Source: Candidatus Latescibacterota bacterium (lineage in GTDB: Bacteria; Latescibacterota; UBA2968). From it: a stretch of DNA of 64,000 bases. The translations under genes and the position numbers were made by a program. A model generated the notes under the pieces. It worked only from the letters and a program-made list of their open reading frames with translations. It had not been told where the DNA came from and searched no databases. Location: NCBI GenBank assembly GCA_965208125.1, contig OZ242320.1, positions 2,400,001-2,464,000 of the forward strand, read 5' to 3'. Of the stretch, positions 49,811-58,416 are shown piece by piece. The stretch's first letter is position 1; every line of letters starts with the position of its first letter.

Positions 49811-51283
49811 ATGTCAAAACCCAATATTGTTTTTATATATTCAGATCAGCATCGCGGCGATGCGGTGGGGTGCGCGGGGCATCCGGTGATCAAAACACCA
49901 CATCTGGATCGTCTGGGGTCCGAAGGGGTGGTGTTTAGCCAGTGTTATACCAATGGGCCGATTTGTATGCCTGCGCGAGCGACGATGATGACGGGGCAGT
50001 ATGTGCGGGAACACGGTGTCTGGCAGAATATTGTTGAGGCCGATCAGCGCGGTCCCAGTCATGTGCGAAATGTGCGCGATGCTGGCTATCATACTGCCCT
50101 GGTGGGCAAGACCCACTTATATACGCATACAGGCGGAACAAAAAGTCAGGAAAAGACGGCAATATTGGAAAATTGGGGGTTTGTAGATATTCAAGAGATG
50201 CACGGTCCACACGCGTCGGGGGTGAACAAATCGCAGTATTCGGATTATCTCGAAGAATTGGGTTTGTGGGAGACGCATCGAGACTATGTGGTCAGGTCAA
50301 AGACGCGCCTGGAAGAGGGCAGAGCACGAGCGTGGGAAGATCCACCCTGTCCATTGCCTTCTGAATGTCATCTGGACAGTTATACCGGGCGTACGGCCGC
50401 AGAATGGGTGCGCGATTACGATGGGGACAAACCGTTCTATCTGCAGGTGCTGTTTCCGGGTCCGCACAATCCCTTTGATTCGCCGCAGGAGTATCGCGAT
50501 ATGTACAGTATGGATGATATTCCTGTGGGTATTATGGATCTGCCCAAAGAACCGTATCCCAAGTATATCGTGCGGTCGCTCTTTCGCGCTGGCGATGCCA
50601 AAACGATGACCGAAGAAGAGAAGAAACAACTGGTTATCAATTATTATGCAAAAATTACATTGATCGACAATGCAATCGGGGGTATTATTGCAGCGCTCGA
50701 GGCAAAGGGCATGTTGGACAATACCTGGATTATTTACAGTTCGGATCACGGTGAGATGGCTGGGGATCATCGGTTGAGCCACAAAGGGGTTTTTTACGAT
50801 ATGGCTGTACGGGTGCCTCTGGTTGTGCGTCCTCCGGGGGGACAGGCGGGGTGGACGTCTGAAGGATTGACGGATTGCCTGAATATCACGGCTACGGTTT
50901 TAGATGTTGCAGGGGCAGAGTCTTTGGAAAATAGCGATGGGGTTTCTTTTGTATCGCAGGTGTTGGCAGGGCCGGATGCCGATGGTGCGCAAAAGGGCAA
51001 AGACGCTGTGTTTAGTGAAGTCGATGGGTTTACGATGGTTTTTGATGGGCGATACAAGCTGGTGGTCGAGTCCGTGTCTGAGAAGCCGGTTGAGATGTAC
51101 GATTGTCAAAATGATCCTGAGGAACTAAATAATGTTTTTGAGGATCCGGATCTGGAATCTGTGCGGCGAGATTTGATCGATACACACTTGAGCGCGATCA
51201 GAGATCGATTGGATCGAGAGAAGCTCGAGAGTTATCGGGCGATTCCGGCAAAGACGTATTCTCCACTAGATACAAAATCCTGA
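49811..51283 (+). CDS. Sulfatase (S1, Cys-type)
   Basis: PNIVFIYSDQHR, CMPAR, GKTH, SDHG. Confidence 0.93.
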   Translation: MSKPNIVFIYSDQHRGDAVGCAGHPVIKTPHLDRLGSEGVVFSQCYTNGPICMPARATMMTGQYVREHGVWQNIVEADQRGPSHVRNVRDAGYHTALVGKTHLYTHTGGTKSQEKTAILENWGFVDIQEMHGPHASGVNKSQYSDYLEELGLWETHRDYVVRSKTRLEEGRARAWEDPPCPLPSECHLDSYTGRTAAEWVRDYDGDKPFYLQVLFPGPHNPFDSPQEYRDMYSMDDIPVGIMDLPKEPYPKYIVRSLFRAGDAKTMTEEEKKQLVINYYAKITLIDNAIGGIIAALEAKGMLDNTWIIYSSDHGEMAGDHRLSHKGVFYDMAVRVPLVVRPPGGQAGWTSEGLTDCLNITATVLDVAGAESLENSDGVSFVSQVLAGPDADGAQKGKDAVFSEVDGFTMVFDGRYKLVVESVSEKPVEMYDCQNDPEELNNVFEDPDLESVRRDLIDTHLSAIRDRLDREKLESYRAIPAKTYSPLDTKS

Positions 51284-51481
51284 ATGTAAGACTAAAAACA
51301 CGATATACGACGGTATAATGAGTTTATAAAGCGTTTTGGATGGGACCAGATGTGCAATATTTTAGGACAAATATTTGTTTCAAAGTATGGAAATCTTGTT
51401 TAAAAACGCATATATTCTGTCAGATGACTAACGTGATGCGACCCTATGCGCGACTTCTTGACGATTTAGGAAAAATAAACA

Positions 51482-51733
51482 ATGGATGAAAAAAAACTCC
51501 TGAAACGAATTACGATCAACCCGAAGATCTTTGGGGGTAAGCCTATTGTTCGAGGACGTCGGCTTGCCGTTGAACATGTCCTTGGCATGCTCGCAGCAGG
51601 AGATACCCCTGAGGTGTTGCTTAAAGGGTATCCTTGGCTGACACATGAAGATATTCAAGCCTGCCTCCTGTATGCCCGAAAGGTGATTGGGCACGAGCGT
51701 GTTGAACCGATGATTCTGGAATCCGGTTCATGA
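51482..51733 (+). CDS. DUF433 antitoxin-like protein (orphan)
   Basis: RITINPKIFGGKPIVRGRR...YPWLTHEDIQACL. Confidence 0.9.
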   Translation: MDEKKLLKRITINPKIFGGKPIVRGRRLAVEHVLGMLAAGDTPEVLLKGYPWLTHEDIQACLLYARKVIGHERVEPMILESGS

Positions 51734-51741
51734 GGGGCTTT

Positions 51742-52530
51742 ATGGACGCGATTCAAGTTGCCGATAGTATTACAAAGCTCGGCTCACAGTCGCGGGGAAC
51801 GGTTCTTGTTGCCGCTTCTCACGGGGGGCGGTACTGCGGGTATCTCGCAGCATTGGCTGGTCTTCGGGGCGTTATTTTTAACGATGCAGGCGTTGGGAAA
51901 GATAATGCGGGGATTGGGTCGCTCGATTATTTGCAAGGTCTCGGGCTCGCGGCTGCCGCGATTGCACATTCGTCTGCGCGCATTGGAGATGGGGCAGATA
52001 TGCTCAAGCGCGGGCGCATTAGTTTTTGCAATGAGATGGCCGGTGCGCTCGGCTGTGAAGAAGGGCAGATGTGCCGAGAGGCGGCTGAAGTTTTGTGTAA
52101 TGGCATACCCTTTGAAGGGGATGTACCGGGCTACGAGGAATCGCGCTCTGTGTTGCAAGAGGTGCCTGTTCTTACGATTGCCTGTGATTCTGCTTCACTC
52201 GTTACGCCGGAGGATGCAGGTGCGTTTATTATTACGGGGTCGCACGGTGGAGTGATTGCGGGCAGGCCCGATTATGGTATTGCTGCAGAGGCGAGGGGCG
52301 CGGTGTTTAACGATGCGGGAGTCGGTATTGATCGGGCGGGTGTTCGGCGTCTTGAGATTCTGGATCGCGCCGGTATTCCCGCGGGGACAGTGGATGCGAT
52401 GACCGCCTGTATCGGCGATGCGGTTTCTGCATGGGAGAGCGGTGTTCTGTCGTACGTCAATTTACAGGCGGAGAGATGCGGTGTTAAAGCGGGGATGACG
52501 GTTCCGGAGTTTGGGGAAAGGCTCGTATAA
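51742..52530 (+). CDS. Hypothetical protein with an internally duplicated domain
   Basis: Two copies of (A/G)SHGG...FNDAGVG...IGD. Confidence 0.7.
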   Translation: MDAIQVADSITKLGSQSRGTVLVAASHGGRYCGYLAALAGLRGVIFNDAGVGKDNAGIGSLDYLQGLGLAAAAIAHSSARIGDGADMLKRGRISFCNEMAGALGCEEGQMCREAAEVLCNGIPFEGDVPGYEESRSVLQEVPVLTIACDSASLVTPEDAGAFIITGSHGGVIAGRPDYGIAAEARGAVFNDAGVGIDRAGVRRLEILDRAGIPAGTVDAMTACIGDAVSAWESGVLSYVNLQAERCGVKAGMTVPEFGERLV

Positions 52531-52546
52531 AACCCCACCACCCAAC

Positions 52547-52573
52547 GGGCGGGCACGGGGGCACCGCCCCTAC
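52547..52573 (-). repeat. GTAG-type REP
   Basis: rc GTAGGGGCGGTGCCCCCGTGCCCGCCC, similar to 251-276. Confidence 0.75.
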
Positions 52574-52599
52574 ATTATGTATTTGGATACGGAGTTTTT

Positions 52600-54330
52600 A
52601 TGTCTTCAGTTGTACACATGAATGGCGGGCAGGCGCTCGCTGAGATGTTTCGCCTTCACAATCCGGCGCCTATGTTCGGCATGGGGGGCTTTCAACTTTT
52701 GCCCTTTTACGATGCTGTGCGCGAGTTGGGGCTTTCACATACGTTGATCAATGATGAGCGGTGTGGTATTTTTGCCGCGGATGCTTGGGCGCGCGTGACT
52801 GGGCGTCCCGGTATATGCGATGGGACGCTCGGTCCCGGGGCGACGAATCTGGTTACAGGCCTGGTGGAGTCTCTCAATGCGGGTGTTCCGCTTATTGTTG
52901 TTGTGGGTAATAGCAATCGCGAGCATTCGTGGAAGAATATGACGCAGGAGGCGCGTCAGACGGAGATTCTGGCGCCAGCGGCTAAAGCGCTTATTCGGAT
53001 CGAGAGCGGCAATCGCATTCCCGAGCTTGTGCGACGCGCGTACGCTGTTGCCACGTCCGGGCGCCCGGGACCTGTTGTGCTGGATGTTCCCGAGGATATT
53101 GCACATGGGGAGTATGATTATTCCAAATCGGATTTTTTTGTGGATCCAGAGACGCTGCGTATTCCCGCACAGCGTTCGCGCCCGGGGCGAGACGCGGTTG
53201 CACGCGCGGTGGCGTGTTTGCGCGATGCCCGGCGGCCGATTATTCTCGCTGGCGGTGGTGTCCATCTTTCTGGGGCGTATTGCGAACTGCAGAGTTTTGC
53301 CGAGGCGTTTGGTATTCCAGTTGCGCAAACGCTGAGTGGCAAGGGTGCGATTCCCTGCGTCCATCCACTTAGCGTGGGGCTGTTCGGGCGCTGGTCGCGG
53401 ATTGCCAATGATTTGATTGCGTCTGCAGATTGTATTCTGTCGGTTGGATGCAAGATGGGCGAGATTGCCACGAAACGCTATGATTTGATTCCGCGCGGTG
53501 TGCCTTTTATTCATCTCGATATTGTGGCTGAGGAAATTGGGCGTACGACGCCTGCTACCGTTTCACTCTGGGGCGATGCGGCTGAGGGTTTGCGCGATCT
53601 TCGGGATAGTTTGTTTCCCGACCGGGTGGCGATACAGGAGATGCGCGCGGGCTATTTGACCGAGGTCTCAGAGCGGATGGTTGCCTGGCGAGCCGAGGCA
53701 GAGCCGCGTTATGCGTCTGATGAGAGACCCGTCAATATGGCGCGGGTGGTGCGCGAGTTGCAAAACGCGATGCCCGAAGACGGTATTCTCGTTGTGGATG
53801 GTGGGTTTGCCGCGCATTGGACTGGTTTGCTCTACGATTCAACCCGGTCTGGGCGCACGTATATTGCCAATCGAGGATTTGCATCGATCGGTTACGGGCT
53901 GCCGGGTACGATGGGCGCGCAACTCGCAGCGGGCGATTCTCCCGTTGTTGGTCTGACGGGAGATGCGGGGTTTAATATGGTGCTCGGCGAATTGGAGACA
54001 GCCCGGCGCCTTGAGCTTGGGTTTACGCTGGCGATTGTGAACAATGCGGCTTCGGGCTATGTCAAAGCTCTTCAGCACAATATGTATGAGGGGCGCTATC
54101 AGTCGAGTGATTTGAGCGAGACGGATTATGCCGATACAGCCCGCGCACTCGGTTGTCAGGGTATTCGCGTAGATGATCCCGGGGCATTGCAAGATGCTTT
54201 TGCCGAGGGTATTGCCGATCGCGATATTCCTACGATTATCGATGTTATTGTTACGAGAGATCCATCAAAAATGTTGCCGGGCGTTGATAGCCGAACAGCG
54301 CCGGTTAAAAAGGGCGATAGGCCCGCGTAG
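52600..54330 (+). CDS. Thiamine-diphosphate-binding enzyme (acetolactate synthase-like)
   Basis: NDER, GPGATN, SGRPGPV, GDAG...NN. Confidence 0.9.
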   Translation: MSSVVHMNGGQALAEMFRLHNPAPMFGMGGFQLLPFYDAVRELGLSHTLINDERCGIFAADAWARVTGRPGICDGTLGPGATNLVTGLVESLNAGVPLIVVVGNSNREHSWKNMTQEARQTEILAPAAKALIRIESGNRIPELVRRAYAVATSGRPGPVVLDVPEDIAHGEYDYSKSDFFVDPETLRIPAQRSRPGRDAVARAVACLRDARRPIILAGGGVHLSGAYCELQSFAEAFGIPVAQTLSGKGAIPCVHPLSVGLFGRWSRIANDLIASADCILSVGCKMGEIATKRYDLIPRGVPFIHLDIVAEEIGRTTPATVSLWGDAAEGLRDLRDSLFPDRVAIQEMRAGYLTEVSERMVAWRAEAEPRYASDERPVNMARVVRELQNAMPEDGILVVDGGFAAHWTGLLYDSTRSGRTYIANRGFASIGYGLPGTMGAQLAAGDSPVVGLTGDAGFNMVLGELETARRLELGFTLAIVNNAASGYVKALQHNMYEGRYQSSDLSETDYADTARALGCQGIRVDDPGALQDAFAEGIADRDIPTIIDVIVTRDPSKMLPGVDSRTAPVKKGDRPA

Positions 54331-54343
54331 TGGAGATTATCTT

Positions 54344-55309
54344 ATGGCTCTTACACAAGAGAAACAACGCGAGATGCTGCGGATTATGCAAACGATCCGG
54401 CGCTTTGAAGAGCGCGCGTCTGATGATTATCGCGCAGGGGATATTTACGGCGTGGTCCATTGCTATATCGGCGAAGAAGCCGTTGCTACGGGTGTCTGTG
54501 CCGCGCTCAATCCGGATGATCAGATTATCAGTACGCACCGGGGGCACGGGCATTGTATTGCCAAGGGCGCGGATTTGAAGCGTATGATGGCTGAGCTTTA
54601 CGGGCGGGAGACGGGGTATTGTAAGGGCAAAGGGGGATCGATGCATATTGCCGATTTTAGTATTGGGATGCTGGGTGCTAATGGCATTGTCGCAGGTGGC
54701 ATACCCATTGTTACGGGTGCTGGCCTGGCCGCACAGCTCGAGGGTAAGGGCCGCGTTGCGGTTTCGTTTTTTGGCGATGGGGCGTCAAATGCAGGTCCGT
54801 TTCACGAGTCGATCAATATCGCAGCGGCGTGGAAGTTGCCTATGATTTATGTTTGCGAGAATAATCTTTATGCGGCGAGCACTCCGGCGGCGAGTACGCT
54901 GGCATATCGCGATGTTGCCGCGCGTGCCGCGGGATACGATATTCCGGGCGTGGTTGTGGATGGGAATGATGTGATGGCGGTTTATGGTGCGACGCAGGAG
55001 GCTGTTGATCGCGCGCGCAATGGCGAGGGTCCCTCGCTGATTGAGTGCAAGACTTATCGCTGGCGGGGGCATACGGAGAGGGTTGGGGGGGCTGATCCAA
55101 GGCCGCAGCGCGAGATCCGCGCATGGAAGGAGCGAGATCCGATTGAGCGATTTGTCGCGGGTCTGATGGATCAGGGCTGTATTACTCAGGAGGCGTGGCA
55201 AGAGATGGATGAAGAAATTCTCGCGGAGATTGAAGATGCGGTGCAATTTGCCATAGAGAGTCCATTTCCAGATTTAGAAGCAGCAGTCGAGGATGTTTTT
55301 GCCGAGTGA
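54344..55309 (+). CDS. TPP-dependent dehydrogenase E1 alpha (acetoin/pyruvate DH-like)
   Basis: STHRGHGH, GKGGSMH, FFGDGA...ENN, TYRWRGH. Confidence 0.92.
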   Translation: MALTQEKQREMLRIMQTIRRFEERASDDYRAGDIYGVVHCYIGEEAVATGVCAALNPDDQIISTHRGHGHCIAKGADLKRMMAELYGRETGYCKGKGGSMHIADFSIGMLGANGIVAGGIPIVTGAGLAAQLEGKGRVAVSFFGDGASNAGPFHESINIAAAWKLPMIYVCENNLYAASTPAASTLAYRDVAARAAGYDIPGVVVDGNDVMAVYGATQEAVDRARNGEGPSLIECKTYRWRGHTERVGGADPRPQREIRAWKERDPIERFVAGLMDQGCITQEAWQEMDEEILAEIEDAVQFAIESPFPDLEAAVEDVFAE

Positions 55310-55325
55310 TTCCGAGGATAATACG

Positions 55326-56282
55326 ATGAGAAAAATCTCTTATGCACAGGCCGGGATGGAAGCCCTTGTAGAAGAAATGAGGCGCGATCCTACGACGTTT
55401 CATCTGTCAACCGATGCGCCCGATGCGCTCGTCGAAGAGTTTGGGTCTGAGCGCGTGCGCGCTACGCCGATTGCCGAGGGCGCGCTTACCGGGATTGCTG
55501 TTGGCGCTGCGGGGTCTGGCTTCCGTCCGATTATTAACTGGAGTATGGTTACGTTTTCTTTTGTGGCGATGGACCAGATTGTGAATCAGGCAGCCAAGAT
55601 TCACTATATGTTCGGGGGGCAGGTGAAATTCCCGATTACTTTCCGCACGTCGGTCGGTGGCGGCAGGCGGGTTGCGGCGCAGCATTCGCAGAGTCCGTAT
55701 TCGATGTTTATGAATCTGGCGGGGTTGAAGATGATTTTGCCTTCGACGCCTTATGATATGAAGGGGCTTCTCAAGACTGTTATTCGGGATGATAATCCCG
55801 TCATTTCTTTTGAGTCCAATCGTCTCATGGGTGTTGCAGGTGAAGTCCCAGAAGAGCCTTATACTCTGCCGCTGGGCAAGGCGGATATCAAGCGCGAGGG
55901 TACAGATATCACTATTGTCGCGCTGGCATGGCTGGTACACGAAGCGCTGGCGGCTGCTGAGGTGCTGGATAAGGAGGGGGTTTCCGTTGAGGTACTGGAT
56001 CCGCGTACGCTGGTTCCGCTTGATTGCGATGCTATTCGCGCGTCTGTGCAAAAGACCGGGCGGCTGGTTATTGCAGACGAGGCGGGTCCCACAGCGGGTG
56101 CCTCAGCCGAGATAGCTGCTGTCGCGACCGAAGATGCGGAGACTTTTGCAAAGATGAAAGCGCCCGTCAAACGCGTCTGCGCCCTCCATGTGCCCATTCC
56201 GTACACGCCCCAGTTGGAAGATCACGTATTTCCAGATCGGGATAATATTATTGCAGGTGTTAGGGAAGTGATGGATGTCTGA
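55326..56282 (+). CDS. TPP-dependent dehydrogenase E1 beta
   Basis: TPIAE, DQIVNQAAK, AAQHSQS, DPRTLVPLD. Confidence 0.92.
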   Translation: MRKISYAQAGMEALVEEMRRDPTTFHLSTDAPDALVEEFGSERVRATPIAEGALTGIAVGAAGSGFRPIINWSMVTFSFVAMDQIVNQAAKIHYMFGGQVKFPITFRTSVGGGRRVAAQHSQSPYSMFMNLAGLKMILPSTPYDMKGLLKTVIRDDNPVISFESNRLMGVAGEVPEEPYTLPLGKADIKREGTDITIVALAWLVHEALAAAEVLDKEGVSVEVLDPRTLVPLDCDAIRASVQKTGRLVIADEAGPTAGASAEIAAVATEDAETFAKMKAPVKRVCALHVPIPYTPQLEDHVFPDRDNIIAGVREVMDV

Positions 56283-56366
56283 TAAAAGAATCAAGACTTG
56301 AATTTTTTACCAGCATAGATATCTGGCGATAACCTATCACCCTACCGGAGTTTTTTTTAAGGCGCT

Positions 56367-58019
56367 ATGATCGTTTCCATAGACAAACTTCAAACCTGGA
56401 TGGACGCCAGGGAAGATGAACATCTGGAGTTCAAAGAGGCAAAGAAAAATTTCCACTTTGAGTCCCTGGTAAAGTACTGTGTCGCCCTCGCCAATGAAGG
56501 CGGTGGAAGGATGATTCTGGGCGTAACGGATAAACTACCGCGTAAAGTGGTTGGCAGCCAGGTTTTTCCAGATCTCGAAAAGACAAAGGCCGACCTGATC
56601 GAAAGGTTACGGCTTCGCATGGATGTCGAGGAGATTTCGCATCCAGACGGCCGGGTTCTGGTTTTTCAGATTCCCTCTCGACCAATCGGTATGCCTGTGC
56701 AGTATAAAGGTGCGTATTGGATGCGTGGAGGTGAAAATCTTATTCCAATGACCCCCGACTTGCTCCAACGCATTTTTGCCGAGTCTGGTCCCGATTTCTC
56801 GGCGGAGATTTGTACGTCTGCCCAATTGGGAGATCTCGATCCAAATGCTGTGGAGGTTTTGCGCCAACTCTGGCAGTCTAAGTCGCCGGATCAGGACATA
56901 TCGGGCCGTCCGATAGAGCAACTCTTGTCAGATGCCGAGTTGGTCGTCGATGGTCAGGTGACTTACGCGGCATTGATTCTTCTTGGCAAGCGGAAAGCTC
57001 TGGGCAAATATCTTGCCCAATCGGAGGTCGTCTTTGAGTACCGATCGAATGAAGCACCGGGACCAGCAGCGGAACGACATGAGTTCCGGCAGGGATTCCT
57101 CTTAGTACTCGACGAAATCTGGCGGCTTATTAATCTGCGTAATGACCGACAATCGTTCCAGCAAGGACTCTTTGTGTGGGATGTGCCTACTTTCAATGAG
57201 CGCGTAGTGCGCGAGGCTGTCTTGAATGCGGTGAGTCACCGCGATTATCGCCAAGGAGGATCGGTCTTCATTCGACAGTATCCTCGGCGTATTGAGATTG
57301 TTAGCCCTGGTGGCTTTCCGCCCGGTATCACACCTGACAATATCCTTCGGCAACAAAATCCGCGCAATCGTCGTATTGCCGAAGCTCTCAGCAAATGCGG
57401 ATTGGTCGAACGCGCCGGACAAGGATTTGACTTTATCTTTAGCGAGAGCATCCGACAGAGTAAACCTTTACCTGACTTTTCCCATACAGATGCTTACTCC
57501 GTATCGCTCACACTTCACGGCGAGATTCAAGATCCCGAGTTTCTGCGTTTTCTGGAAGAGATTGGTCAAGAAAGAGTGACAGCATTCGGTATCAACGATT
57601 TTTTGGTGGTCGATCTCGTCCATCGCGAGCAGCCTGTTCCTGACGATTTACAATCAAGGGTTAGTCATCTGCTGGAACAGGGAATCATTGAGCGCGTGGG
57701 ACGCGGACGGGGTGTGCGGCTCATGCTCTCCCGGCGGTTCTATCGGCATATTGGTAAGCCGGGGACTTATACACGTAAGCGTGGATTGGACCGCGAAACA
57801 AATAAGGAGTTGCTGCTAAAGCACATTCGAGATAACCGGAAAGAAGGAAGTCAGTTAAAGGAACTCGTTCAAGTGTTGCCATCCCTGTCGTACGTCCAGG
57901 TTCAGAAATTACTTCAAGATTTGAGAATTAAGGGACAAATCCACAAAGTAGGGAACACTAAAGCCGCTCGTTGGTACCCGGGAATCTCTCCATCTGGAAT
58001 TATGCCTAAAAATAAATAA
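56367..58019 (+). CDS. AlbA_2 (Schlafen-like) + HATPase_c_4 + HTH protein
   Basis: EDEHLEFKEA, ALANEGGGRMILGV, EAVLNAVSHRDY, SPGG, RNRRIA. Confidence 0.88.
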   Translation: MIVSIDKLQTWMDAREDEHLEFKEAKKNFHFESLVKYCVALANEGGGRMILGVTDKLPRKVVGSQVFPDLEKTKADLIERLRLRMDVEEISHPDGRVLVFQIPSRPIGMPVQYKGAYWMRGGENLIPMTPDLLQRIFAESGPDFSAEICTSAQLGDLDPNAVEVLRQLWQSKSPDQDISGRPIEQLLSDAELVVDGQVTYAALILLGKRKALGKYLAQSEVVFEYRSNEAPGPAAERHEFRQGFLLVLDEIWRLINLRNDRQSFQQGLFVWDVPTFNERVVREAVLNAVSHRDYRQGGSVFIRQYPRRIEIVSPGGFPPGITPDNILRQQNPRNRRIAEALSKCGLVERAGQGFDFIFSESIRQSKPLPDFSHTDAYSVSLTLHGEIQDPEFLRFLEEIGQERVTAFGINDFLVVDLVHREQPVPDDLQSRVSHLLEQGIIERVGRGRGVRLMLSRRFYRHIGKPGTYTRKRGLDRETNKELLLKHIRDNRKEGSQLKELVQVLPSLSYVQVQKLLQDLRIKGQIHKVGNTKAARWYPGISPSGIMPKNK

Positions 58020-58100
58020 TAGTACAAAAAGCATAATTTTGGCATAATTATACACAATTAATTTTATAAATGGTTGTTTTTTAATAAGTTTTTTATATAT

Positions 58101-58170
58101 TTTTAAGTGCATTTAAGTGCATTTAAGTGCATTTAAGTGCATTTAAGTGCATTTAAGTGCATTTAAGTGG
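58101..58170. repeat. 10-bp tandem repeat (ATTTAAGTGC) x7
   Basis: Five perfect units plus two single-mismatch end units. Confidence 0.95.
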
Positions 58171-58271
58171 CGTTACCCCGCTTTAGTGAATATGCGTGAA
58201 GGTTCTACTCAGGCACTGATCGTTTGGGAGGTGGATTCAAACTCTGTTATCGGCTAAAAGGATCAAGTATA
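58168..58271. mobile_element. Mini-element E5 with degenerate IS3-like TIRs
   Basis: Left TGGCGTTACCCCGCTTTAGTGAATAT; right (rc) TATACTTGATCCTTTTAGCCGATAAC. Confidence 0.6.
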
Positions 58272-58276
58272 AAAAT

Positions 58277-58307
58277 AAAAAACCACGTTTTTCAGGCGTG
58301 GTTTTTT
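58277..58307. terminator. Intrinsic terminator
   Basis: AAAAAACCACG-TTTTTCAGG-CGTGGTTTTTT. Confidence 0.7.
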
Positions 58308-58416
58308 GTTTCATATTACGAGCATTTTCTCCTTCAAATTGAAACACAATGCGCCAGTTACGCGACACACTAATCGAATATAACCTACTTGATCTTTAGG
58401 ATGAAGGGAATCTATT

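Noticed and set aside
58101-58170. Tandem repeat as CRISPR array or replication origin
   Set aside because: No spacers, no rep or dnaA gene, no DnaA boxes seen
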